A stretch of DNA of 61,501 nt, the filler included, from Candidatus Fermentibacterota bacterium (lineage in GTDB: Bacteria; JAFGKV01): assembly GCA_016928395.1 (NCBI GenBank). It is 7 parts of 7 records of this genome, joined end to end, with 100 filler letters (N's around TTAATTAATTAA, not from the genome) between each part and the next. Parts side by side here need not be neighbours in the genome. Positions count along the whole stretch, not along the records: positions 1 to 11,405 come from JAFGKV010000280.1; positions 11,506 to 30,117 come from JAFGKV010000281.1; 5 more parts are not named here. One strand, given 5' to 3'. The notes under the pieces are model-generated. The model saw only the letters and a list, made by a program, of their open reading frames with translations. It had not been told where the DNA came from and did not search any database. Every line of letters starts with the position of its first letter. Positions within the stretch are counted from its first letter, which is position 1. Positions 11,126 to 20,087 of this stretch are shown here, in pieces. The position numbers and the translations under genes are program-made.

Positions 11126-11353
11126 ATGCTGGATTGCGGACCATCAACGGTTCGCGGTCGAGGGCGCTCCGCAGCGCGCCTGAATCCGATCTTTGGATCG
11201 ACAGGCGGCATCACGGTGAAGCATTCTCATTTCGTCACCTGCTGAAAGGGAACAATCGTGAGAGACTCTGCAACTCTCATCCCAAGGCGCCCAGTGCTGG
11301 CCTGTTACGGTGCGGTGTTCGGCATCTCCTGGGGTGGCTTCCTCCTGGCGGGC

Positions 11354-11405
11354 CTGATAGCTGACAGCTGACAGCTGACAGCCTGATAGCTGACTGCCGC
11401 TAGCC
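11354..11405. repeat. Heptamer tandem repeat (CTGAYAG)n at contig end
   Basis: ctgatag ctgacag ctgacag ctgacag c ctgatag ctgactg; reverse complement of the family at 43180. Confidence 0.9.
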
Positions 11406-11505
11406 NNNNNNNNNNNNNNNNNNNNNNNNNNNNNNNNNNNNNNNNNNNNTTAATTAATTAANNNNNNNNNNNNNNNNNNNNNNNNNNNNNNNNNNNNNNN
11501 NNNNN
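11406..11505. other. Artificial contig linker
   Basis: N44-TTAATTAATTAA-N44, stops in all six frames. Confidence 0.99.
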
Positions 11506-11529
11506 ACCCTGAACCCTGAACCCTAACCT
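11506..11529. repeat. Heptamer tandem repeat (ACCCTGA)n at contig start
   Basis: accctga accctga accctaa; related tract at 33776-33814. Confidence 0.8.
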
Positions 11530-11594
11530 GTAGCTCCACGCCACGGCACCGGAAGTTACAAGATGTATCGTCCGGGCGAGCCCGGGGCCCCCGC

Positions 11595-13393
11595 TCGTTT
11601 GTCAGACGCGAGTCGGTGGGGTCGAGGAAGAACAGCGGGCGCGCTAGGGGCATACCGTTCAGCCAGTTGTGATACGCCATGGTGTAGAGGTAGGGGATGA
11701 GGCGGTAGCGGAGCTCGATGAAGGCACGGCAGATGGTCTCGGCTTCGGCACCGTATCCCCAGGGTTCCTGCGGCTGATAGTCCACACCGTGGGCCCTGGT
11801 GATCGGGCAGAACGTGCCATACTGCATCCAGCGCACATAAAGCTCGGGGCTCGTCTCGCCACAGCAGAAGCCGCCGATGTCGGAATTGTGGTATGCCAGC
11901 CCCGACATCCCCATGGAGAGCAGCATGGGGAGCTGAACCTCCAGGCCTCCGAACTCAGTGCCGACATCCCCGGACCACGGGATGACGCCGTATCGCTGAA
12001 TACCCGCCGATCCCGCTCTGGTGAGGTTGAAGAGTCGCTCGTTGGGCCGCATCGCCGCGAATCCGTCGTGGATGGTCTTGGCCCAGAGCAGATTGAATAC
12101 GTTGTGGACCTTTCGGGCTTCTCCCATCGTATGCTGCATTCCATCAGGATGGGCCTCGGGCTCCCCCAGATCGGTCCAGAGGCCGCCCAACTCCTCGCCG
12201 AAGAAGGCGGGATGCTTGCCCCACCACCAGTCCCGCGCATCTGGGTTGGTGAGATCGAGCAGGCCCGCGTCGCATCCGCACGACCACCAGTTGTGGAGAC
12301 GGTAGGGCTGGCCGCTGCTGGTGTGGGCGAGGAAGCCGCGCAGGCCCGCCTCAGAGAAGTTCGGTGAGTACTCAACGATATAGGGTTCCGTGATGACGAT
12401 GGTCTTGATGCCCTGCTCCTGGAACTCGCGCATCATGCTGAAGGGATTGGGCCACGAGGCGGTGTCCCACGATATGTCACCCATGTGGCGGAACCAGTAG
12501 AGATCCAGCACGATGGCGTCACACGGAATCCGCTTCTCGCGCATGATGCGGATGGCCTCGCGGGCCTCCGGTTCATTGCGGTAGCCATACTTGGACTGAA
12601 TGTACCCGAAGGCCCAAAGCGGTGGCAGTGGCTGCCGGCCCGTGACTTGCGTGTAAAGATCGAGCAGATCAGGGACGGTCTCGCCCTGCATCACAAAGAA
12701 CGAAAGCTCACCACCGTCGGTCTCATACGAGAATCGATCCGCTTCGCTTTCTCCGAGATCGAACCAGCCAGGATAGGTGGTATCGAAGAACAAACCCCAG
12801 CCCCGCGGCGAGGCGACGAAGGGCACGTTGACGCTCATCGTCGACACCGGATCCGTGTAGCCGCCCTCATGCGTGTTGTAGCACCAGAGCCTTTGGCCGC
12901 GTTTGTCCAGAGCCGTACCCCGTTCACCGGTGCCGTAGAAGTGATCATTGGGATCGAGGAGGAATGTAGCCCTTCGATTGGATCCGATGGTGGCAAGACC
13001 GCCTTCGATGGGTTCCGCGAGTAGTTCGGTTCCGCTGACACGGATGGTGAGCCGGACGGGATACTTGGTGCAGATGAGCGAGAGCGCGCCTGCGGTCAAC
13101 GTCAGGGTCGACTCGGCGTCTTCCGCCGTGATGATGGGTGCCGCCAGCGTATCAGCGATCACCGCCAGCGACGAATCGAGGGTTGTGGTCGGAGAGGGGA
13201 GGAAATCGATGCGAAGGACGCGGTCATCGAAGGAGACCGCCCTCACCGTCGCGTCTCCGGCACGTATCTCCGCGTGTCTGCCGCCCACAGAGTGGCCCGA
13301 GTAGTTGCCAAGGTAGGTCTGAGCGCTACCTGGGAGATGCAAGGCGAGGCAGAGAGAGAGCGCACTAGTCATGGTAAGCGTTCGGGGTCTCAC
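11595..13393 (-). CDS. Secreted glycoside hydrolase family 31, C-terminally interrupted
   Basis: YGTGE, PPLWAFGYIQSKYGY, nucleophile WTDLGEPE, acid/base WSGD, SDIGGF, ELYVRW, LRYRLIPYLY; GTG start overlaps the MFS stop (GTGA); similarity ends after PLFFLDPTD..LTNE. Confidence 0.88.
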
Positions 13394-14727
13394 TTCAGAA
13401 TCCCTCCCGGCGGAGGGGCCGGTGTTCCGGCCGTAGGACGGCGCGGTGGCACCCACGTTGGGGTTGGCTCGTGGGGCAGATCCGGCTGTGCGCGATAGTG
13501 CCGCAGTTCCGGGGTCTTCCTGGCGATCAATCCTGTCGCCACCAGACAGCCGATCCCTCCGCTGATGACGGAGATGGGGGCGCCGAACAAGCTGGCGACC
13601 GCGCCCGCCTCCATTTCACCAAGTTGGGGCCCGCCCATGAAGAAGAGCATATTGACACTGGTCATCCGCCCGCGCAGCCGGTCTGGTGTGTGCAGTTGTC
13701 TGATTACGTTTCGCAGAATTGTGCTCACGATATCCGTTGCGCCCGTCAGCGCGAGGCACATGAAGGTCAACCAGAAAACGCGAGAGAGCCCAAAGACCAC
13801 CGTAGCCAGGCCGTACCCCGCGACACACCATAGCAGGACGGGGCCCCGCCGCCTGATGCTGTCGGAGATCCGCACCATGGTGAGGCTGGCAATCACCGCC
13901 CCCACGGACGGCGCTGCATAGAGCCACCCATAGCCCCGAGGGCCCACTCTGAGGATATCCTGGGCGAAGATGGGCAGAAGTGCGGTGGCCGACGCAAAGA
14001 ACGTGGCGAAGAAGTCCAGCAGCATGGACGAGCGGATGAGGGGAGTGCCAAACACGAAGCGGAACCCTTCCAGAGCGGAGCGCCAACTGACGTCTTGTGC
14101 GCCCTCCGCCCGGCTCTGGATGTCTCGCATAAGGACGATGGCTGCGATCACCGCGAGGAAGGACACCGCATTGAGTGCGTACGCCCATGCCATGCCCAAT
14201 GATGCAATCACAATCCCCGCCAGGGATGGGCCGACCACCGAGGCAGTCTGAAACATGATTGCGTTGAGGCTGATGGCATTGGGGAGGTGCTCGCGCGGTA
14301 CCAGATTGGGGATCAGCGACTGCCGCGCCGGTCCGTCAAATGCCCATGCGCCAGAGTTCAATGCGGCAAGGAGATAGATGGGCCACAACGTGGACAGCCC
14401 TCGGAAGGTGATCAGGGCCAGAGCCACCGCTACCAGCGTCATCACGGTTTGCGACACCAGCATCAGCCGCCGTCGATCGGCCGTATCAGCGACGACACCG
14501 CTCACCAGTGAGAACACCACAACAGGCACGAGGCGGACCAGCCCGACCATGCCCAAAGCCAGACCTTTCATGTTCTCCGGCACCAGCGTTGCCACGTGCC
14601 AGAGAATGGTCGCACTCTGCATCATGGAGCCCGACACGGAGATGAGCTGGCCCGTCCACAACAGGCGGTAGTTGCGGTAGCCTAAGGCCGGGAACTGCCT
14701 CCGGAGCCGAGATCGTATGTCGCGCAT
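13390..14727 (-). CDS. MFS transporter (EntS/H+ antiporter-like)
   Basis: About 12 hydrophobic segments, motif A GVVADTADRRRL, PARQSLIPNLV, PDRLRGR. Confidence 0.92.
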   Translation of the reverse strand: MRDIRSRLRRQFPALGYRNYRLLWTGQLISVSGSMMQSATILWHVATLVPENMKGLALGMVGLVRLVPVVVFSLVSGVVADTADRRRLMLVSQTVMTLVAVALALITFRGLSTLWPIYLLAALNSGAWAFDGPARQSLIPNLVPREHLPNAISLNAIMFQTASVVGPSLAGIVIASLGMAWAYALNAVSFLAVIAAIVLMRDIQSRAEGAQDVSWRSALEGFRFVFGTPLIRSSMLLDFFATFFASATALLPIFAQDILRVGPRGYGWLYAAPSVGAVIASLTMVRISDSIRRRGPVLLWCVAGYGLATVVFGLSRVFWLTFMCLALTGATDIVSTILRNVIRQLHTPDRLRGRMTSVNMLFFMGGPQLGEMEAGAVASLFGAPISVISGGIGCLVATGLIARKTPELRHYRAQPDLPHEPTPTWVPPRRPTAGTPAPPPGGILK

Positions 14728-15002
14728 AGACGGGAGCCCTCAGATGAGCAATGAGCGGGATGAAACGAAGCAACCCAGTTTATGTGGCCACGTGCCGGGA
14801 CTCAATGGACGGCGAGGTCCTCGTCACGTGCGCCTCTTCATTCTCCGGGTACTGGGCCTCAATCGTGGCGAACGAGCTGCCCCGGCGACAGCTCTTTGCC
14901 GACCTCTCCATGCAGTTTCCGACAGCCGACGATCGAGCTCAGGAAATGCTCGACGGGTGCCCCTCTGACACAGCCCGCCACCTCCCGGTGGGTCAGGGCC
15001 TC

Positions 15003-15046
15003 TCGACAAATCGGCATTCAATAGTATATTACGTTACCAGTAACGT
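15003..15046 (+). promoter_or_regulatory. Putative sigma70 promoter and MarR operator
   Basis: TCGACA-16-TATATT followed by perfect inverted repeat ACGTTAC-ca-GTAACGT (15031-15046), 30 nt before a MarR-family gene. Confidence 0.65.
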
Positions 15047-15076
15047 TTAATGATACATCAACCGCGAGGGACTCGG

Positions 15077-16066
15077 ATGGATTTCGTCGGACAACTCGGC
15101 ACCTTCGCCTTCGGCACCAGGCTCAAGCGTCTTTCAGACGAAGTGTTGCGACAGGGGGGCCTCGTCTATCGGTCTCAGAACGTCGACTTCGAACCGCGCT
15201 GGTTCACGATCGTCTGCCTCTTGCGTTCGGAGGATCGGGCATTCGCCATCACGGAGATTGCCAATCGCCTGGGTCTCACTCACCCCGCTGTCATCAAGAC
15301 CACCGCCGCGATGGTGAAGAAGGGGGTGCTATTGTCCATGCGAGACCCCAATGACAGCCGGAGGCATCTGGTTCGCCTCTCGTCGGTGGGTCTCGCGATG
15401 GTGCCTGAACTCGAGCCCATCTGGGAGGCGTTCGAACAGGTCGCGAAGGAGTTGTTCGAGGAGATTAGCGTCGACGTTATCGCCGTGATCGAGAAGATGG
15501 AGGATGCCCTGTCGCGGCGCGGCTTCGATGCACGCGTCACACAGCGAATCAAAGAACGGCAGTATCATGAGGTGGAGGTCATCGACTATCGACCAGAACT
15601 CAGCGAGCATTTCAGAGATCTAAATCAGGAGTGGCTCACTCGCTACTTCACGGTAGAACCAGCCGATGAACGGATGCTGGCAGATCCGCAGGGGGAGATC
15701 ATCAAGAAGGGAGGTCATATTCTCTTTGCTCGGTTGCACGGCGAGATCGTGGGGACTATCGCGTTGTGTCGGCGTGGAGCAGGGGTATTCGAACTGGCCA
15801 AGATGGCAGTCACGGAACGCGCCAAGGGGAAGCAGGCGGGCAAGAAACTCGCCCGCGCCGCACTTGATCGCGCTCGTCAAGGCGGCGCACAGGTGCTTGT
15901 TCTCCGCACCGATGCGCGTCTGCATGCCGCAGTGCGGCTCTACCGTTCTCTCGGTTTCGAGATTGCGGATGTTGGTGAGCTTCTCCCCGAAGACACAGAG
16001 CGCTCGCGGCGAGGTTTCGCCATGAGGCTCGATTTGACCGAGTCGGCGCCAATGGTGAGTCAGTGA
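15077..16066 (+). CDS. Bifunctional MarR-family HTH regulator / GNAT acetyltransferase
   Basis: GTRLKRLSD, winged HTH ITEIANRLGLTHPAV..DSRR; GNAT ELAKMAV...GKQAG, LYRSLGF. Confidence 0.9.
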   Translation: MDFVGQLGTFAFGTRLKRLSDEVLRQGGLVYRSQNVDFEPRWFTIVCLLRSEDRAFAITEIANRLGLTHPAVIKTTAAMVKKGVLLSMRDPNDSRRHLVRLSSVGLAMVPELEPIWEAFEQVAKELFEEISVDVIAVIEKMEDALSRRGFDARVTQRIKERQYHEVEVIDYRPELSEHFRDLNQEWLTRYFTVEPADERMLADPQGEIIKKGGHILFARLHGEIVGTIALCRRGAGVFELAKMAVTERAKGKQAGKKLARAALDRARQGGAQVLVLRTDARLHAAVRLYRSLGFEIADVGELLPEDTERSRRGFAMRLDLTESAPMVSQ

Positions 16067-16275
16067 ATCAGGTGATCTATAGTCCGGGGGGAGCGGCGCA
16101 AGTCCGTCGAGAGCCATTTGTCCATCATGATGGATCGTCACCGATTCGCATTCCGCCCACATCACGCACGATCAGGTCTTCTGAGGATCTAGTCCGGCCT
16201 CTGAAGTCCAGGGGCTACCTCAGGGTTTTCAATGGTGAGTGTGCACCACGAACGATCTGCGCTCTAAGACAGAAT

Positions 16276-16391
16276 GTCATCACACGGCTTGGCCCCGCAC
16301 CCAACGCGTTGGGTGCGGTGGCTTGTCCGGGTGATCCAGGCCTTTCATCCGCATTCCTGGACTGGATTGCCCGAACCAGTCGGGCAATGAC
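16276..16391. repeat. REPIN-like inverted pair of GTCA-type palindromes with a nested 24-bp perfect palindrome
   Basis: GTCATCACACGG...CCGGGTGATCCAG, spacer, CTGGATTGCCCGAaccagTCGGGCAATGAC; related copy at about 49635-49733. Confidence 0.8.
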
Positions 16392-16431
16392 AACAGCTGG
16401 GCTATTCGCTCTTAAACAAGGAGGTGCCCCC

Positions 16432-17799
16432 GTGTCACACTTGTCCCAGTCGATAGAATCTCACATCGGGTTCCGACATCTCTCCATTCTCGGGCTGCTG
16501 TGGTTCTCCTGCGCTATCTGCAGCATCGCCTCTGCTGAGGACCGGAGTGCCATGACATCCACACGCCAGCGCCAGCTTGTCGAGTCTATCTGTCATAGGG
16601 TCCAGCAGTTGTATCCCTTCCCCGAGGCGGGTGCCGCAACGATCGACAGCCTCCGGCGTAAGTTGGAGACAGGTAAGTATGCATCATGGACCGATCCGAC
16701 CGGTTTTGCTGCCGGAATGACCGCGGACCTTGAGGGCTTCAGCGGTGACCGTCACTTCGATCTCTCATACGATCCGCAGATGGCCGTGGAAATGAAGAAA
16801 GACAACAACGCCACCAGCGGAGACGTCTACCGGGATTCAATGGCCGAGCGGCTGCGTTGGGCCAACTACGGGTTCAGAGAGCTTCGAATACTCGATGGCA
16901 ACATTGGCTACATGGACCTGCGGTTCTTCGCGCCGCTGAACTACGCAGCGGAGACCGCCATCGCGGCGGTTAGCTACTTCGCGAACAGCGACGCACTCAT
17001 CATCGATCTGCGGCAGAATGGAGGGGGCTGGGACGAGATGGTGATGTTCCTTCTCAGCTACTTCGTCGACACCAAGGATCCCCTCATCATGACCATCACG
17101 CAGTCCACGTTGGACAAGAGCTATGAAGTCTCAGGAACATTCAACTACGTCCCTGGCCGAAGACTTCTGCAGATACCGGTCTATCTCCTCGTCTCAAGCT
17201 CGACCGGATCAGCAGCCGAGGCCTTCGCCTATCGGATGCAGTATTTCAAGCGGGCTACGCTCATCGGTGAGACCACGAGTGGTGCGGAACACCCCGTGGA
17301 GATGCTTGCGCTGGATGACGAGTTCGTGCTCACCGTCCCGTGTTGGAAGCGGCTCTTCTCCATCACGGGATCAGGCTGGGAGGCGACAGGTGTCAGCCCG
17401 GATGTTGCTGTAGACTCCGGCCAAGCCTTTGATGTCGCATACCAAAAGGCGCTCGAAGTCCAGCTTTCGAACGTCCATGATGACACACAGCTCTTCCGGG
17501 TCAACTGGGCGCTCGATGGATTGCGAGCCAGGGCGGCCCCCGTCACGATTTCTCACGAGATCGCACAGAGCTATGTCGGCACCTATGGTGAGCGCACCAT
17601 CATTCTCGAGAATGACAGACTCCAGTATCAGCGCACCGGCCCGAAGTACGCTCTGCGCGCTCTGTCCGAGGTTCTGTTTCAGCCGGAGGGCCTCGACTAC
17701 TTCAGGATCAGATTCGTACGGGACTCGGATGGTCGCGTCACGGGGCTCGTCGGCCTCTATGATGATGGGCGGGCGGATCCCTCGCCTCGCACAGAATAG
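16432..17799 (+). CDS. S41 family peptidase (IRBP-like), secreted
   Basis: AAGGAGG RBS before GTG, signal peptide, GNIGY, IIDLRQNGGG, TGSAAEAF, IGETTSGA. Confidence 0.9.
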   Translation: MSHLSQSIESHIGFRHLSILGLLWFSCAICSIASAEDRSAMTSTRQRQLVESICHRVQQLYPFPEAGAATIDSLRRKLETGKYASWTDPTGFAAGMTADLEGFSGDRHFDLSYDPQMAVEMKKDNNATSGDVYRDSMAERLRWANYGFRELRILDGNIGYMDLRFFAPLNYAAETAIAAVSYFANSDALIIDLRQNGGGWDEMVMFLLSYFVDTKDPLIMTITQSTLDKSYEVSGTFNYVPGRRLLQIPVYLLVSSSTGSAAEAFAYRMQYFKRATLIGETTSGAEHPVEMLALDDEFVLTVPCWKRLFSITGSGWEATGVSPDVAVDSGQAFDVAYQKALEVQLSNVHDDTQLFRVNWALDGLRARAAPVTISHEIAQSYVGTYGERTIILENDRLQYQRTGPKYALRALSEVLFQPEGLDYFRIRFVRDSDGRVTGLVGLYDDGRADPSPRTE

Positions 17800-17842
17800 C
17801 TGAGACAATCCGCCTCCTCGCTGGTCATCACCTGCGGTTCTG

Positions 17843-17883
17843 CAGATGGCACCGTGTGTCCAGCGTTCACACGGTGCCATCTG
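17843..17883. other. Perfect 16-bp stem-loop downstream of the S41 peptidase gene
   Basis: CAGATGGCACCGTGTG-9nt-CACACGGTGCCATCTG; no U-tract. Confidence 0.7.
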
Positions 17884-18205
17884 GCCGCGTTCGCAGATCT
17901 GGCATCCGGACCAGGTTAGACTCCGTCGCGAATGTTGGCCGAAAACGGACGACCGGTGGCCACTGACGGGCATTGCTGAGCCTGAAGTGCCGCACACGAG
18001 CCGGAATTCGCATGCCAGACCGTCGCAAGAACAGGTCATTCGATCTACTCGGCATAACCGACGCAAGCGGGTCCGGTTCATGCTTTGGCAGGGAGAACGT
18101 GCCAGTCGTACTTGACATAGTTGCGCTTTCCTACTGGGCTGTGAGGAATTCGACACCGAAGCGGAATGGCATCCATCACCTTTGCAGAGAGGAGTAGTGG
18201 AGACC

Positions 18206-19194
18206 ATGCCCAATCGCATCCTTGGCATCAACATCGCCGTGGCTGCTGCGGCTCCATTCTTTTGTATCCTCCCAGTGTGCGGTCCGTTCGCGCAGGGTGT
18301 TGCCTTTGTCGGCTCCGCCCACTCCGGGGTGATAGGCGAGATCCCCTTCAGGGTTGAGCGCAACCGGGCAATTCTGCCGCTGGTTGTCAGCAAGGCCGAG
18401 ACGCTGAACATCCTGCTCGACACCGGGATGACGTGGGATGGGGTGTACCTGTTCCGCAAGGACGCGCAAAGGCATTTCCCGGGGGAGGCTCTAGATTCGG
18501 TTCGGTCGGAGGCTCGGGGAGCGGTGAACCAACCTATGCTCTGATGGCAGACTCGATGACGCTCCGGTTTGGCGACGTGCCGTTCGATAGCCAGTTGGTG
18601 GTCATCTCCCAGAGCGAGATCACGCAGGGCTTTCGCAGCGACGGTGTCACGGGGTCTTCGCTGTTCGGATCATTCATCGTCGAGATCAATAATGACGCGA
18701 AGGAGATCAGACTCCACGATCCGGAGTCATTCGTGGCGGATTCATCGTGGACGCCTGTGCCCATTACGTTGAAGAAGGGTATTCCGTTTCTCGAGGGGGT
18801 TGTGAGCATCAGGGGCGAAGAGCCGATTCCGCTGGTCCTTTGCATCGACTCGGCTGCTGGTGAAGCATTGGAACTCTTGATGCGGGACACGATGAAGTTC
18901 GGCCTGCCCGACAGCGTAGAATCCTACCACCTGGGAACCGGGTTGAGTGGCGACATCAACGGTAGCGGGGGGCAAATCCATATGCTCGGGTTTGGAGGGT
19001 TCGAACTGCATGACGTTCCGGCGGCGTTTGCCCCAGCCGAAGTCAGATCCAAGCAGGAGGGCGCCGACGGCATCATCGGCAACGATGCGCTTCGGCGCTT
19101 CAATCTGATCTTTGACTACCCCCACGGGTTACTCTATTTGAGGCCAAATGGGTTGTTCGACGTTCCGTGTGGAGCAGATCCCGCCAATGGCTGA
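18206..19194 (+). pseudogene. Two-domain retropepsin-like aspartic protease, frameshifted near 18505
   Basis: First frame: signal-like N-terminus and ILLDTG. Second frame: GGSGSG, DGVTG, IDSAA, DGIIGND..RRFNLIFDY. One extra G in gttcgg(g)tcgga would join them. Confidence 0.75.
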
Positions 19195-19544
19195 CCGGAG
19201 CGGATCCACGATGAGCCTCGAGCGCAGATCATGTGGCGTGTGAGCAGTTTGCTGCTTCTCCCCACGGCGATTGCGCTGGTTCGCCATTCGCGGCCGAGAC
19301 CTCGGGCCTGGCTTCGGGCCGATCCGCCGCCTGCGGTGAACCTTTCCCGTCGCACCCGCGCTCCAGACGTGGAACTGAGCACGGACGGGCCGAAGCTGTG
19401 CGGAAGACGCTCACCTGGAAGGAGACCGACGATGTGGAAGACCGCAATGCCCCCAGCGCTTCGAGATCGGCAGGCGCCGCCAAGAAAGCCCTGCTTCTCA
19501 CCTTGCTCGTGCATCTCTTCAGTCTGGTATCGGTGCCGGAGCAC

Positions 19545-19915
19545 AAGATCAGGATCGAGGTTGCCGAAAGGCTCATGGCAGCAATCAGGTTGATCTTCGC
19601 CAAACCCCTCAACACAATCATCGCCACACACTACAATGCCGATCACACGGGCGTGGTTCGCGCACCAGTTGGGAATACCCAGCGTGTCACGCATCCGAAC
19701 TGCACAGCAACGATGAGCGAGTTTGTGCGGTTGCGGGAGGTGACCTTGCGTTCCTCGATCGCCTGCCGAACTGGGCTGACCCAACGATTCTACGCGTGAG
19801 GACCGAGCAAGTGAGACTCCGCCATTTCGGTCGCGGCCATACCACAGGTGATTTCGTGGTCGTGGTCGAGACCTCCGATGGTGCGCACACCGGGGGCCTC
19901 TTCTTCAACGGTGAG
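19545..19915 (+). pseudogene. Decayed MBL-fold hydrolase fragments
   Basis: IIATHYNADHTG (cf. THxHxDH) and HFGRGHTTGD...HTGGLFFNG in separate ORFs. Confidence 0.55.
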
Positions 19916-20087
19916 ACGGTAAGCCTGTGCACCTGGACGACGGATAACACGGCAGCGGGTAGCCTCTACGATGAAGACGGCAATGCCCGGGTCGACCCGA
20001 AGGTCCTTCCCGACGAGCTGAATCACCACTACGACCTGAAGAAGGACGCCCGGGAGAAAGGGCTCGGCATCTGGATGAGCCAGTAGG

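Noticed and set aside
14751..15050. 99-aa ORF between the MFS and MarR genes
   Set aside because: No motif, and it runs over the predicted promoter and operator; likely intergenic.
16063..16431. N-terminal extension of the S41 ORF
   Set aside because: It translates the REPIN-like repeat; AAGGAGG precedes the GTG at 16432.
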